A DNA stretch of 64,000 nucleotides from Octopus bimaculoides. Its lineage: Eukaryota. The notes beneath the pieces are model-generated. The model was not told the DNA's origin. It saw nothing but the letters and a program-made list of their open reading frames with translations, and did no database searches. Positions within the stretch are counted from its first letter, which is position 1. Every line of letters begins with the position of its first letter. The position numbers and the translations under genes were made by a program. Positions 1-11,769 of the stretch are shown one piece after another. The stretch lies in NCBI RefSeq assembly GCF_001194135.2, contig NC_068988.1, forward strand, positions 90,808,878-90,872,877, in the 5' to 3' direction.

Positions 1-45
<45 letters not shown>

Positions 46-134
46 CCTATATGTTAACGTGTGTGTGTGTGTGGTGAATGTGTGCCTGCTGACCTGTTTG
101 ACTGTGTCAGCCTATATGTTCACATGTATGCATG

Positions 135-174
<40 letters not shown>

Positions 175-900
175 CGCGCGCAAGCACTTCACTACTTGAT
201 ACACCACACCCCTCATCACTTGCCAGTGTTGTTACCTGAGTCAGAATTAGGTCACATTTAATAGAGATGGAGGGACACAGATCTTGATGAGTTGGTGGAA
301 GTATTGAGAGTAAGGAAGAAAGAGCAAAGGAGGGCTGAGTGACAAAAGAGGGGCAAAGAGAAGCAAGAAGGAGGAGGGGAAGCTAAGAGAGAGTAGGAGG
401 AGAAAAGAAGGGAGGAAGAAGAGATAGAGAGTAGAATCAGAGAGAAAGAAAAGAGATTTGAGTGAGACAGAGAGAGAGAGGGGGGGAGTTTTGAATGAAG
501 GAGAGAGCTGAGTGAGAGGAGGAGGAGTGTGAAGAGAGCTGAGTGAGAGGAGGAGGAATGTAAGGAGCTGAGTGAGATAGGGAGGAGTGTGAGGAGAGGT
601 TAGAGGGGGGAGGCATGTAAGGAGAGCTGAGTGACAGAAGAGAGAGAGAGAGAGAGAAATCTGAAAGGGAAGAAGAAAGAGTTGATTGAGAGGGGGGAGA
701 AAGAGAGAGAGAGGTGAGTGAATGAGAGAAGGGGGGGGGCTGAAGGAGGAGATGAATTACCCAGAGGGATAGCAGGAGGGAGGAAGAGAGAAACAGTGAG
801 TAAATGTGTGAAAGAGAAGGGTAGAGAATGTATTTTATTGTCAGAAACCAATACCTTTGATTTCACCACACACACACACACACACACACACAGCTACAAC
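1..900. repeat. (GA)n, (GT)n(GC)n and (CA)n microsatellites with a purine-rich tract containing a ~31-bp tandem unit (gagagctgagtgagaggaggaggagtgtgaa)
   Basis: Read directly: (GA)n 1-42, (GT)n(GC)n 137-180, 4-5 diverged ~31-bp units at ~503-640, (CA)n 866-890. Confidence 0.9.
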
Positions 901-1425
901 GTCCATGCTACCACTACTTGTACATAGCACCACACAATATGCCATCCACCATCCACAACCACCATCACAATTAATCGATAAACACATCTGATACATTCAC
1001 ACAGATACATAGGAGAGAAAGACAATGAGAAAACAAAAGACAGAGAGGGAGGGGGGGGAATCAGACACACACACACACACTATTGACTGATTGTCACCAT
1101 TTCTGCAAACCTGTATGGAAGCAGTAGAGTGGTACTAGTGTAGTGTGTAAATGAACTTACTGTTACTGACACCTGTAAAGTAATAATAATATCTATAGTT
1201 ATTGGTACCTGTATGTTAAGAGGCGTCTAGAGTTATTGGTACTAACATATAAAAAAAGTACCTACAGTTATTAGTACCTGAGTGTGTGCACATGTAGGGG
1301 TGCCTATAATCGTTGATGCCTGTGTACTAATACCAATACAGGAACACCTCAACTTAGGTCATTAATTGATTCCAAGACATGTGACAACTTGAAAAACAAC
1401 AAGGAAAGACATTAAAAAAAAAAAT

Positions 1426-1697
1426 TCATCATCATCATCATCGTCGTTTAACGTCCGCTTTCCATGCTAGCATGGGTTGGACGATTTGACTGAGGACTGG
1501 TGAAAACCAGATGGCTACACCAGGCTCCAATCTGATTTGGCAGAGTTTCTACAGCTGGATGCCATTCCTAATGCCAACCACTCAGAGAGTGTAGTGAGTG
1601 CTTTTACATGCCACCGGCACGAAGGCCAGTCAGGAGGTACTGGCAACGGCCACGCTCGAAATGGTGTATTTTACGTGCCACCTGCACAGGAGCCAGT
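1426..1697 (-). mobile_element. Family A repeat (RTE-LINE 3'-UTR-derived, (GAT)n tail), 5'-truncated
   Basis: Reverse complement of ...ccaacccatgctagcatggaaagcggacgttaaacgacgatgatgatg. Near-identical copies at 11770-12250, 34918-35268, 38618-38785 and 61341-61510. Confidence 0.85.
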
Positions 1698-1754
1698 TCA
1701 TAACCTTATATCTGTTTTAACCTTTTAGTATGCAGATTACACTATCAAATGTAA

Positions 1755-2102
1755 AAAGGTAAAGACCCCTTTGGTCATGAATGACCATGGGATTGCACCT
1801 AGAAAGTTCCCCTCCAAGGCACATAACTGGACAAGGTTGTTTATGGAAGAGTAGCCGTCGCCTATGCATACCAGCCTCCTCTCTTCATACCACCAATATT
1901 ATCCAAGGGAAAGGCAAACGCTAATATAACTTGGCACCAGTGATATCACAACTCATTTCTACAGCTGAGTGAACTGGAGCAATATGAAATAAAATGTCTT
2001 GCTCAAGACCACAACACACAACCTAGTCCAGGAATCAAACTCACTACACCTCATGATTGTGAGCCCAATGCTCTAACCACTGAGTCATATGCCTTCACCA
2101 TG
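1755..2102 (-). mobile_element. tRNA-headed SINE, family D
   Basis: Reverse complement of the copy at 58299-58633. 10-bp TSD tcaaatgtaa at 1745-1754 and 2103-2112. Confidence 0.85.
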
Positions 2103-2309
2103 TCAAATGTAATGCCTATTTATTCATACTGTTCCAAATTAATCCTACATTATCTTGTGGCTTTGAGATTTCAATTATGTGATTACTTACTTTCAGAATA
2201 ACATTGTAGGGTCGGTGTGAGAGGCTGGATATAACTGAGATATATTTTGGTCAAGATCGGCCCAGACTATGTCTAACTTAATAGCACCCCTTGATAGGAT
2301 CTTTTAAGT

Positions 2310-2800
2310 CATTTCGAAGTTAAGTTTTGTGTTATCATGGCCCATGCAAGTAAGGAGTTGTTAACAGGTAAGGGTGGCTTATTTGGTAACCCTTGAAGAA
2401 ATTTGTCCAGGTTTTGCTCGAGGGTGATGGGATCTTTTTCTTTGATTTGTTTTGGGATAATGTTAAGTAGAGAAGGGCCTGTTGAAGAAAAGAAATTGTG
2501 TTGCAGTAAATTTATATGTTGTGAGTCCGAATTGTGTAGCGGACATATAGCACATGGCCCCAAACTTGGACGAATTCTGAATCTAATGTTAAGGTTGTTT
2601 TGGTAATGTTGTGGTATATTCTTCACATTGTGCAAATGATGTAGCGCTCATGGTGATGTTGAAGAGAATAAAGATTCAATGTTATAAGGCAGTCCCAATA
2701 ATCAAGATCAATCCTGTCCTTAATTGTTTTAGTGAATGCTCTCAGGGGTGACTCCATTCTCATAATGTTTGATTTGGTTTGGTGTGGGGAGACCACAGGG
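2310..2800 (-). mobile_element. CR1-clade LINE 3' fragment (post-RT C-terminus), decayed
   Basis: Minus-strand translations RMESPLRAFTKTIKDRIDLDYWDCLITLNLYSLQHHHERYII and LEQNLDKFLQGLPNKPPLPVNNSLL resemble the CR1-type LE..QR.FTK.I...Y..RL..L.LYSL.RRRERY and LD.FL...PD.P....NSL motifs. Confidence 0.75.
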
Positions 2801-3599
2801 GGCAGCATTACTCTAGGTGTGACTCTACAAAGGAGAAGGGAATAATGACATCTTGCTCCTTGGACTCCTACTTGAACATAAAACAAGTAGAATATTAGGA
2901 CTGCATTCGGGCAGTTTCAATGCTACAGGGTTAATAAATGGTTTGTATATATATTTTTGCACATGTATTTTATTTGATTTTCCTCTTCAGTACTTGTTTT
3001 TTTTAGGTGTTTTTTGTAATCTTCATGTTTTTAACTATGTTGCTGAGACTGGATAAATCAACTGGAGTTGAGGTTTATTTTGTCCATCTTAAAAAAAAAT
3101 ATAGCATAAAGTTATGAAAGATGTTAACTCAGAGTGACCCAAGTTGAGATATGCCTGTAATTACTGACATCTATGTGTGTAGAACAACTAATAGTTACTG
3201 ACAACTGTGCAAAAGTCCCTACAGTTACCGGTACTTGAATTCGTAGAGGTACCTAGAGTTAGTAACAGCTGTGTAAGAAGGAAAGACAAGCATACCCAAC
3301 CAAACTAAAACTATCAATATTAATTATAAAACATTTATGATTTACAATACATTATGTTATTTACAATGAATTACAAAATGCATACAATTCAGTGTATAAC
3401 TCAGTAAATATTTTGACACTAGGTAAACAGAGGTTCTCGTGCCTTTCAGCAATGCTTTATATTTTATTACCCCTTTAGTGACTGAAGTTCCGAACTATAC
3501 TGAATATAGTGTCATGAAGGCAGTCTAAATTCTTGCTTTCTAATTCAGTGCCATTATAGAGCAAAGAGCATGTATGTGCATAGCAAAATGTGTGTTATG

Positions 3600-3790
3600 G
3601 TGTTGTTTAGCCTCAGGTCAGTCCTGGTTGAGTAAATGTGATAAAAAATAGTCCAACTATGACCAACCAGATCTTTTTGTTTTATTTTTTGTACATAAGG
3701 TCTACAATATAGGTGTTGTTCTTTTTAAAGATAGTAGGGTTTAATTCTGAGGAAATATGCCTGTTATTTCTAGTAAATAAAGTGGATGGC
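3600..3790. repeat. Old dispersed repeat family H (further copies ~4370-4590, 5900-6100, 18190-18280, 18790-18940, 23235-23400, 26170-26335, 27390-27565, 43330-43515)
   Basis: Recurrent ttgtttagcc.caggtcag...tgatca...ttttaa(a)gat.gtagggt.tgatttga...tgctatttctagca. Confidence 0.6.
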
Positions 3791-4794
3791 CACACTGACA
3801 CTTTGCAAAGTAGTTGGACACTTTATAAAGTGGCTGGTATTAAGAAGGGCATCCAGCCATAGAAACCATGCCAAAAGAGACAATGGAGCTTGACACAGTC
3901 CTTTGGCTCATTGGATCTTGTCAGACCATCTAATCCTTGCAAGCATGCAGTAGGAGTGAACTCAGGACCTTTTGGTAGCAAAATGAACTTCTTAACCATT
4001 TGGCCATACTGTGCCGACAAGTCATGTATTCAAACCAGGTAATTTGACTTAGAAAGGAAAGCAAAATGAGTGAGGGAAGGATTTTTTAACATGTTGTTCC
4101 TTGATAACAAAATATGGATTTGCTATCTTCAATAGTTTCAGAGATAACAGACTGGAGACTGAAGTCATCAACCCAACAGAGTAGATAAAAAGCACTGATC
4201 AACTTGTTTTTATATCTGAAAGTGTATCAAGGAATACATTATGACCCTTATTTTTCAACAGTGTGGTGTGATTTAAGAGAGCTTTAATGGTTATTTTTAG
4301 CAGGTTGAGTCACCATTAAAAAAACTTGTTCACTGGCTCAATACTTTGGTGGTGATGGAGGTAGGTAGCTGTTGCTGCTTATCTCTCAGTTAGTTTTGGT
4401 TCTGATCAAATGGAACCAGTATCAAAGGCAATCCAGCCCCAACCATCTCATCTTATTTTTTCTTTTAGAAATAGCGTATGCTGAACTAGAATACCTGATG
4501 TGTCCTTTATTATGACAACAGGGTGTAGTTTGATTCAATGGAGATTTGGTTACCACTTCTAGAACTCAAGTCATGATGTAGAAAGCAATTCCATTGGTAC
4601 ATGGTGAGTGATGGGTGCTAGAAGTGGTGTATAGCTGCCATTTGCATACAAGTATGACTTGATAGCATGTACCATGGGCCTGCTAACCTAACATGTTTTC
4701 ATGGAAGATCGGAAATGAAGGACACCACTTGCACAATGTCACCATCATAACATTCTTTTACAACTGCCATGTGATGTCAAGGCAAGGAGATAGT

Positions 4795-4848
<54 letters not shown>

Positions 4849-5643
4849 CATGCAAACATAGATATACAACAGGCTTCTTTCAGTTTCTGTCTACCAAACT
4901 CAGTTATTTACCCAAGGTGCCATATAGTAGGACTGAACTCAGAACAATGCGGTTGAGAAGTAAACTTGTTACTACACAGCCATGCCTCATATTATAAACA
5001 AAACACCCACTATATTTGAAACACACAAAATCAAACTATGTATGAGAACAAAAATGAAATGAGTTATTTCCCTGCATAGCAGTTTCAGGAATACAAATGT
5101 CAAAATCCAATTTCACTCATGGTCAGTTTATATTCTGCTATGATTAAAGATCAAATAAGGACCTTTAATTTGTAGACTGTAAACAGAATAAAAACAGGAA
5201 AATGAAAAGCATTACCAAAAAGGTGGCAAATGCCATGATGCGGTTGATGATGTACTGTATAACTATTTGTATACTTTACGATAAATGACCCATTAATCGT
5301 CTTGGGGAAGGGAAATGAGGTAGGATTATTAGATTGACCACAAAAGACTCTTTTAAATGGTGATTAGATGTATTTCCTATTAAGTAAATCATTCAGTGTT
5401 TAATCTCACTTTGAAGTGACAAAGTTTCATTTTGAAATTGTAAACCTCATTTTGAAGTAGCAAGCTCCCACTTTGAAGTGATGTTCACTTACTTTGAATT
5501 AAAATTGCAGTAGTTTATAACAATATAAAGAGCAACAACATCATACACACACAGCAAACCTTGGAACATTACATATTAATAGACTTAAAACAATAATTCA
5601 TGATGAAGCCAAAATTATTTAAAACAAAAAACAAATAACTTAC

Positions 5644-5671
5644 CAGTTATTTTTCTAATTATTTTTCACAT
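5644..5671 (-). CDS. Candidate 28-nt micro-exon carrying a stop codon (unidentified gene)
   Basis: Strong acceptor ttttttaattttcag and donor CTG|GTAAGT. It has stops in all frames; if spliced after 10502-10590 it reads NVKNN*. No homology recognised. Confidence 0.35.
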
Positions 5672-6669
5672 CTGAAAATTAAAAAAAAAAACAGAAATGA
5701 GTTAGAGAAAAGGTAAATATATTTGGAGAGAAAATTCTAAAAATAATAAAAAAATAAGTGACTCTGCCATTTTTATTGATTTGGTGTAAAAATATAAATA
5801 ACTGTATGTGTGTGTGTTACAGCAGTATTGTAAAGACTTGACTTTTCTCACAAAGTACTTACTGTCTCAGTTTAGTGACCAAAGAATTAGTAGTAATTGC
5901 AGTTGTTTAGCCTCAAGTCAGCCTTGATCTAATTGTCTTGTGATCAAGAATGTTCCAGTAGTGACTACCCTGCCCTTTTGGAATACATCAAAGACTACAT
6001 TATGAATGTGTCCTTCCTTTTTAACTGTGATTTGAGAGAGAGAGAGAGAGAAATTTGGTTACTACTTCTAGCATTTTGAGCAACTATATAGAGGCTTCTT
6101 CGGCAAACCAATAGTATCCCATTTCAAAGACAAAACTTTTCCATAGTCTCTTATGAAATTAGATTCCTCAACCTTGCTTACCTCCCTTTTACTAGATTCA
6201 CTAATGCTGATAAAAGTCACCACATCACATTTCACATTGCCTTCTCCTACTGATGAAGGCTACAACATCACTCCTGAAATTTTGGTGATTATATTGAAGG
6301 TAGTTGACCAAATTACTTCCAGTATGTATTACTATACACACAGGAGATAAAGCAAGTTTCTATGTGGCTACTCAAAATGCTAGACATAACAAGTAAATCT
6401 CCACCTAATAACATGCAACTGTCTTTCAAAGGGAAAAATACATTGGAAAATGAATTCATAGATAGATGAAAAATTGTGTTAAACAACAATAGATGCTTTA
6501 ATAAAACTTGAACTGCAAACATTTGGTTTAGAGCACGACTGTTAACAAAAATTATTTTCTAACATTAAGAGGTCATACATTTTGGGTGATGCGAACTTGA
6601 TTTAATTAAGCCAAGTATTTGCTCTGAGATTCAATAAATTAAGTACCAGTGATATATCATACACTCTCC

Positions 6670-6930
6670 TATCATAGACAATAGCTGAGGGATTTGTAGT
6701 TTCTTGCAGTACAACCAGCACAGAGTATCTGTCTATAGTGATCAAATGGGTGTGCTGTACATTAGCTCACTCTCTCCATCAAATTGACATTGTCAGTACA
6801 GGTGCACAGTCTGCCACACATCAGTTGTTGAAGTGACTGTAAAGTAACATCAGGAGTGTTTTTGCTCCTGGACAGGAAATCAAAATCACGGTCGCTTGAT
6901 CATGATTGCTACACCCTAACCACTGGGGTC
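6670..6930 (-). mobile_element. Old tRNA-headed SINE, family I (second copy at 35770-36048)
   Basis: Both copies share ctgtacattagctcactc...aggtgcacagt...caccctaaccact. The right end is the reverse complement of an A-box (agtggttagggtg). Confidence 0.6.
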
Positions 6931-7671
6931 ATAATTAGTCAACTACACTCACTACTATGAAATGTGACACCTGGCCACCTCATGTTCTAATACAGGCAAA
7001 TAGTTGCAAATTTTGAGAGATGTAGTTGACTATACTGGCCCTAGCACTTAACTGGTAATTATTTTATCTACCACAGGAAGCTTTTTCTTAGTTTCCATCT
7101 ACCGAATCTATTCACAAGGTTTTGGTCAGCCTGGAGCTATAGCAGAAGATACTTGCCCAAGATGCCACACAGTGAGATTGAACTGGGATCTGTGTGGTTT
7201 GGAAGCAAAACTGCTTACCACACAGCAATGATTATGCTTTGATGAATGAAAGAAAAGTATTGGAGTAAATAAATATGGTGTTCATAGAATCTTCAGTGTG
7301 AACAAATCCAGCCATTTCTGGAAGAAAATGTAATTGAGAATTATTTTTGGCAAAAATAACCTACTTATAAAGCATCAAAAAATTCTTTGACCTTTTTACT
7401 GGGAGGTAATACTGATGGGACTTCAAATTAAAACTGATGCTTACTTTTGAGAAATAAACCCCTTTAAAAAGGGATGCAACAGACAAATTCTTCCAGTTGG
7501 CTTGGGAATCAAATATAAAAAGAAGACATGGATCACAAGAGTCTTGTTCGGAGGTCACACGTTTTTGTCCATAAGTTGCAAGTTACTGCAAGAAAAATCA
7601 TTTAGCTTAGAAAGCTGATAATTAATTTATTTCCATGGTTTTTGTACTAACAAGCAGGTTTCATTACTAGT

Positions 7672-7883
7672 ATTACTAGTTTCAAATTTTGGCACAAGGC
7701 CAACAATTTCAGGGAAAAGTACATCAATTATATCGACCTGTGTTCAACTGGTACTTATTTTATCAACTCTGAAAGGATGGAAAGTAATGTTGACCTCAGT
7801 GTAATTTGAACTCAGGAGGTAAAGACAGACAAAATAACATTAAGTATTTTGACTGCAATGCTAACAATTCTACCAGCACACTA
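7672..7883 (-). mobile_element. tRNA-headed SINE, family E (other dispersed copies ~11505-11590, 13700-13830, 15045-15195, 19845-20032, 33435-33648, 40137-40263, 46340-46480, 51535-51712, 54731-54950)
   Basis: Recurrent ggcacaaggcc...actggtacttattttatcgacc...ggatgaaaggcaaagtcgacctc...gaatttgaactcag...gattctgccagctc. The head has a B-box-like gagttcaaattc. The core gcctttcatcctttcggggtcgataaaataagtaccag resembles the Nin/Deu-type conserved SINE domain (from memory). Confidence 0.85.
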
Positions 7884-8044
7884 CCTAAGGTCTTATTATC
7901 AACAATAATCATCCTGGTGTTACAGCCTATGGATCAAGCAACAACAGCAACATTCACAAAGTGCTATATTCGAAGAATTTTTTCACAAGTGAAGTTACAA
8001 CTGGAGATATAAATTTTGGAAAAAAAATTAAGATTAAATAAGCA

Positions 8045-8270
8045 TTTAATACTCTCTCCACTCCTATATTTCTGTTGAAATGCACTGTTTTTGTTTCAAA
8101 TAATTTCGAAAATAATGAGGAATTTAGTCAAATAACTGTTATTATTATTAAGCCTAGAACACAGATTAACAAGAAATTTTGAAAGGTTTTAATTCAGATC
8201 ACTTAAAAACAAAGAGTTTGTATCATAGAACCAGGCGAAAGTCTCAGGTAGGCTGGTATTAAAAAGGTTA
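8045..8270 (+). mobile_element. piggyBac-type MITE, second family (another copy at 12953-13142)
   Basis: Both copies share atatttctgttgaaa...tcatagaaccagg... and end in aaaa(g)ggttaa, a TTAA terminus. Confidence 0.65.
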
Positions 8271-9534
8271 AAAATATATATGAACCATAGGAAGAAATGA
8301 TAACCAGCTGCCAGATGCAGGAGAGCAGTCTGGCAAAATGTTTTGCTAAATATCTAACAAACAAAACCATTGATGAAATCTCTACCTTTGGCCGCCAGGA
8401 TGTTGAATTAGATGTTTGTGAATTATTGGCTTAACATTTAAAAGACTTCAGCGATGACCTCATTGAAACTGATATCAACAGGCAAACGAAGAGCAAGAAG
8501 TAATAGAAAATGAAGAAACAGAAAACAACTCAATGGCTATAACAGTGAAAGATATTGATGAATTTTTTTGAGACATAATTGACCAAACACTGATTACTTA
8601 ATACAGAAACCAAATGTTGACAGAAGAATATGCTTGTTTGCCAAGGTTTAGATGATCAAATTGATCATTATTGTAAAATTTATGCAGAGAAGTAGAAAGC
8701 TAAAACATTTCAATTGGTCTTCATGAATTTTTTCTCTAAAACAAAATTCTAGTTTTTTTCCTTTTTTTTTTTTTTATTTTCCCAGTTTAATTAAAATTGT
8801 CCCCATTCATTATAAAATTTGCGTAATGCAGTTTTTATGTCTGCAAGAACATTAGAGAGAGAAGTGATAAGGATAACTAATCAGATTATGCAAGTGACAA
8901 CTATATGATCTTCGTTAAATGTTATATTTTAATATTAGATAAGAGTAATCGGCATTATGATAGAGTGGTTGTAGTCATTTAAAATACTCAAAAATGATGA
9001 TAGATTCAATTTTAGTTTTTTGCCTTTTTAATTTCGTTTTACAGTTAACCCTTTTACTACAGAAAGCAGATATATCCACTCAAAATTTCATTATCCTAAA
9101 TTGCAGTAAGCAGTTTTAAATACCAATCAATGTTTTGTTGAGGAAAGTCATGTTTGAAATTAATCTTTGTTGAGATATGTCAAGTTTATTGAGGCAATAT
9201 CACTTGCAGAAAATACTAATTCTATTTTGGGGGAGATATTTAACAGCGTTACTGGATAAACCATGTAATTTAATTTTGCAGTGAAAGGGTCAGATAGTTA
9301 AGGAAATACAGAAAACCATATGAAAGGGAAGCAATTGGATAGAGGCTGGTGTTAAGAAGGGCATCCAACTGTAGAAGCTACCACCAAAGCAGATATTGGA
9401 ACATGATGTAGTCTTTGGATCCATCAGATCCTGTCAAACCATCTAACTGATGCCAGTTGGGAATATGGATATTAAATGATGGTGATGCTTATCTTTATCA
9501 TGACCACAGTCTAATGATTGAAATGAGTAAAAGA

Positions 9535-9604
<70 letters not shown>

Positions 9605-10156
9605 NNNNNNNNNNNNNNNNNNNNNNNNNNNNNNNNNNNNNNNNNNNNNNNNNNNNNNNNNNNNNNNNNNNNNNNNNNNNNNNNNNNNNNNNNNNNNNNN
9701 NNNNNNNNNNNNNNNNNNNNNNNNNNNNNNNNNNNNNNNNNNNNNNNNNNNNNNNNNNNNNNNNNNNNNNNNNNNNNNNNNNNNNNNNNNNNNNNNNNNN
9801 NNNNNNNNNNNNNNNNNNNNNNNNNNNNNNNNNNNNNNNNNNNNNNNNNNNNNNNNNNNNNNNNNNNNNNNNNNNNNNNNNNNNNNNNNNNNNNNNNNNN
9901 NNNNNNNNNNNNNNNNNNNNNNNNNNNNNNNNNNNNNNNNNNNNNNNNNNNNNNNNNNNNNNNNNNNNNNNNNNNNNNNNNNNNNNNNNNNNNNNNNNNN
10001 NNNNNNNNNNNNNNNNNNNNNNNNNNNNNNNNNNNNNNNNNNNNNNNNNNNNNNNNNNNNNNNNNNNNNNNNNNNNNNNNNNNNNNNNNNNNNNNNNNNN
10101 NNNNNNNNNNNNNNNNNNNNNNNNNNNNNNNNNNNNNNNNNNNNNNNNNNNNNNNN
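9605..10156. other. Assembly gap (others at 16467-16566, 17423-17744, 19454-19463, 24202-24211, 44618-44627, 44783-44792, 48607-48822, 57544-57723, 59544-59732)
   Basis: Runs of N, mostly bounded by microsatellites or young SINEs. Confidence 0.98.
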
Positions 10157-10274
10157 TATATATATATAGTAATGATAATAATAATCCATGGATGGAATTT
10201 ATAAAGATGGCATAATAAAATAGAAGCTTTATATGCATATTCAAAAGTGTTTCCTGTAAATGAACTTAAAGGAA

Positions 10275-10343
<69 letters not shown>

Positions 10344-10501
10344 CAGAGAGAGAGATTTGGAAACAACTTGCTTGTGCAAGTGTAGTCAACTGAAAACTCC
10401 ATATCCTTGGATGTCAGTCAGTTTCAGAGGTCGTCAGGAGAGAATGCAAACTGTATACAATTTATATAAGGACAGTTAAAAACCTGTACATTTCTACTCA
10501 C

Positions 10502-10590
10502 TCGGTATCCGGCTAACTATGCAACCTTTTTGTGGTGACTGCATGAAACATAGGCAGAGTATAAGTACCATAGCAGGTAGGATGGACAAA
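10502..10590 (-). CDS. Candidate 89-nt internal exon, hydrophobic peptide LSILPAMVLILCLCFMQSPQKGCIVSRIP (unidentified gene)
   Basis: Acceptor tatctccatctttcag, donor CGA|GTGAGTA, only one open frame, non-repetitive and more GC/CpG-rich than its flanks. No protein family recognised. Confidence 0.45.
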
Positions 10591-10817
10591 CTGAAAGATG
10601 GAGATATACTGCTAATTATATTAGTAGATATGTGTTACATATCATTCAGTGTCAAAGTCTTTCTTCATAAATCTACATTTCAGTCACTGACACTATTTCA
10701 CTCTATATTTAGTAGAATATCAGTACCCACGTCATAGACATATGATGAAGCAATGTTGATAACGAGTGTAAAATATAACCGTCTAGGTGTTTTTAATGAC
10801 TATCTTGATCTAATTGC

Positions 10818-11178
10818 GTGGAGGTGCAATGGCCCAGTGGTTAGGGCAGCGGGATCGCGGTTTCGTTGTGAGTGTTTATTGAGCGAAAACACCTAAAGCT
10901 CCACGAGGTTCCGGCAGGGGATGGCGGCGAACCCTACTGTACTCTTCCACCACAACTTTCTCTCACTCTTACTTCCTGTTTCTGTTGTGCCTGTAATTCA
11001 AAGGGTCAGCCTTGTCACACTGTGTCATGCTGAATATCCCCGAGAACTACGTTAAGGGTACACGTGTCTGTGGAGTGCTCAGCCACTTGCACGTTAATTT
11101 CATGAGCAAGCTGTCCTGTTGATCGGATCAACTGGAACCCTCGATGTCGTAAGCAACGGAGTGCCAACAACAACAACA
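10818..11178 (+). mobile_element. tRNA(Arg)-derived SINE, family B (OR-like), with a short internal deletion
   Basis: A-box TGGCCCAGTGG, (AAC)n tail, 10-bp TSD atctaattgc at 10808-10817 and 11179-11188. Confidence 0.9.
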
Positions 11179-11769
11179 ATCTAATTGCATATATTCTTTT
11201 ACTGGTTTCAGTCACTGAACCCCAGCCAAACTGTAGCACCATTCTTTAAAGTTTCAGAATAGCATATTGAATCTAGCATTTATTTCAGTTCAGTACTTAT
11301 CTACCTCAATTTATTGATGTCCTAAGCTAGCTTTGATATATATAGGGATGCAACTTAACACACCATTTTTACACTGGTAAACAAACGCATATGTATATGA
11401 TGTGTATGCATAGACCTTCCCAATAGTCCGTTTACCAATATGATGTGGAGTGTGATAAAATCTGAAACTACATGGCTGTAAACTGAACCTCATCACTACA
11501 TCACTGATTTCAAATTTTGGCACAAGACCAGAAAGTTCAGGGGAGGGAATAAGTTGATTACATCAACCCCAGTTCTCAACTGGTACTCTTTTGGTAAAAT
11601 ATGAATGCTCTATGGAATTTTATCTACCTCACATATTCTATATCATTTCTGTACAGAATATACAAGACACAGGCATGACAGTGTGGTAAGAAGTTTGCTT
11701 TTGAACCACACTATTTTATACACTATAATTTCTATCAGGCCATTTAGTGTCAACACTCATTATTTACCT

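Larger units (their letters stand above)
1721..2930 (+). mobile_element. piggyBac-type MITE split by two nested insertions
   Basis: Ends TTAA|ccttttag (1717-1728) and ctacaggg|TTAA (2923-2934). Internal pieces 1721-1754, 2103-2230 and 2868-2930 match an uninterrupted reverse copy at 33763-33961. Confidence 0.7.
6200..8750 (+). mobile_element. Tigger/pogo transposase remnant, fragmented and interrupted by SINEs and a MITE
   Basis: 7395-7555 translates with frameshifts as LTFLLGGNT.G.FKLKLML...LPV.WESN.KKTWITRVLF (Tigger DDE_1 region). 8400-8750 resembles the Tigger acidic C-terminus (QDVELDVCELL...DDLIE...Y.KIYAEK). The 6200-6560 part is tentative. Confidence 0.6.

Noticed and set aside
1537-1728. 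Recurrent short ORF MAEFLQLDA.PNANHSES...
   Set aside because: Antisense translation of the family A (RTE 3' UTR) repeat; recurs only because the repeat does.
5208-5300. Possible exon(s) (YIINRIMAFATFL or TINGSFIVKY...) with competing acceptors
   Set aside because: Ambiguous boundaries; it would lie downstream of the predicted stop, so it cannot be supported as CDS.
9443-10389. Long ORFs across N-runs (also at 16.1-17.9, 48.5-48.9, 57.5-58.0 and 59.4-59.9 kb)
   Set aside because: Open only because of gaps and flanking microsatellites.
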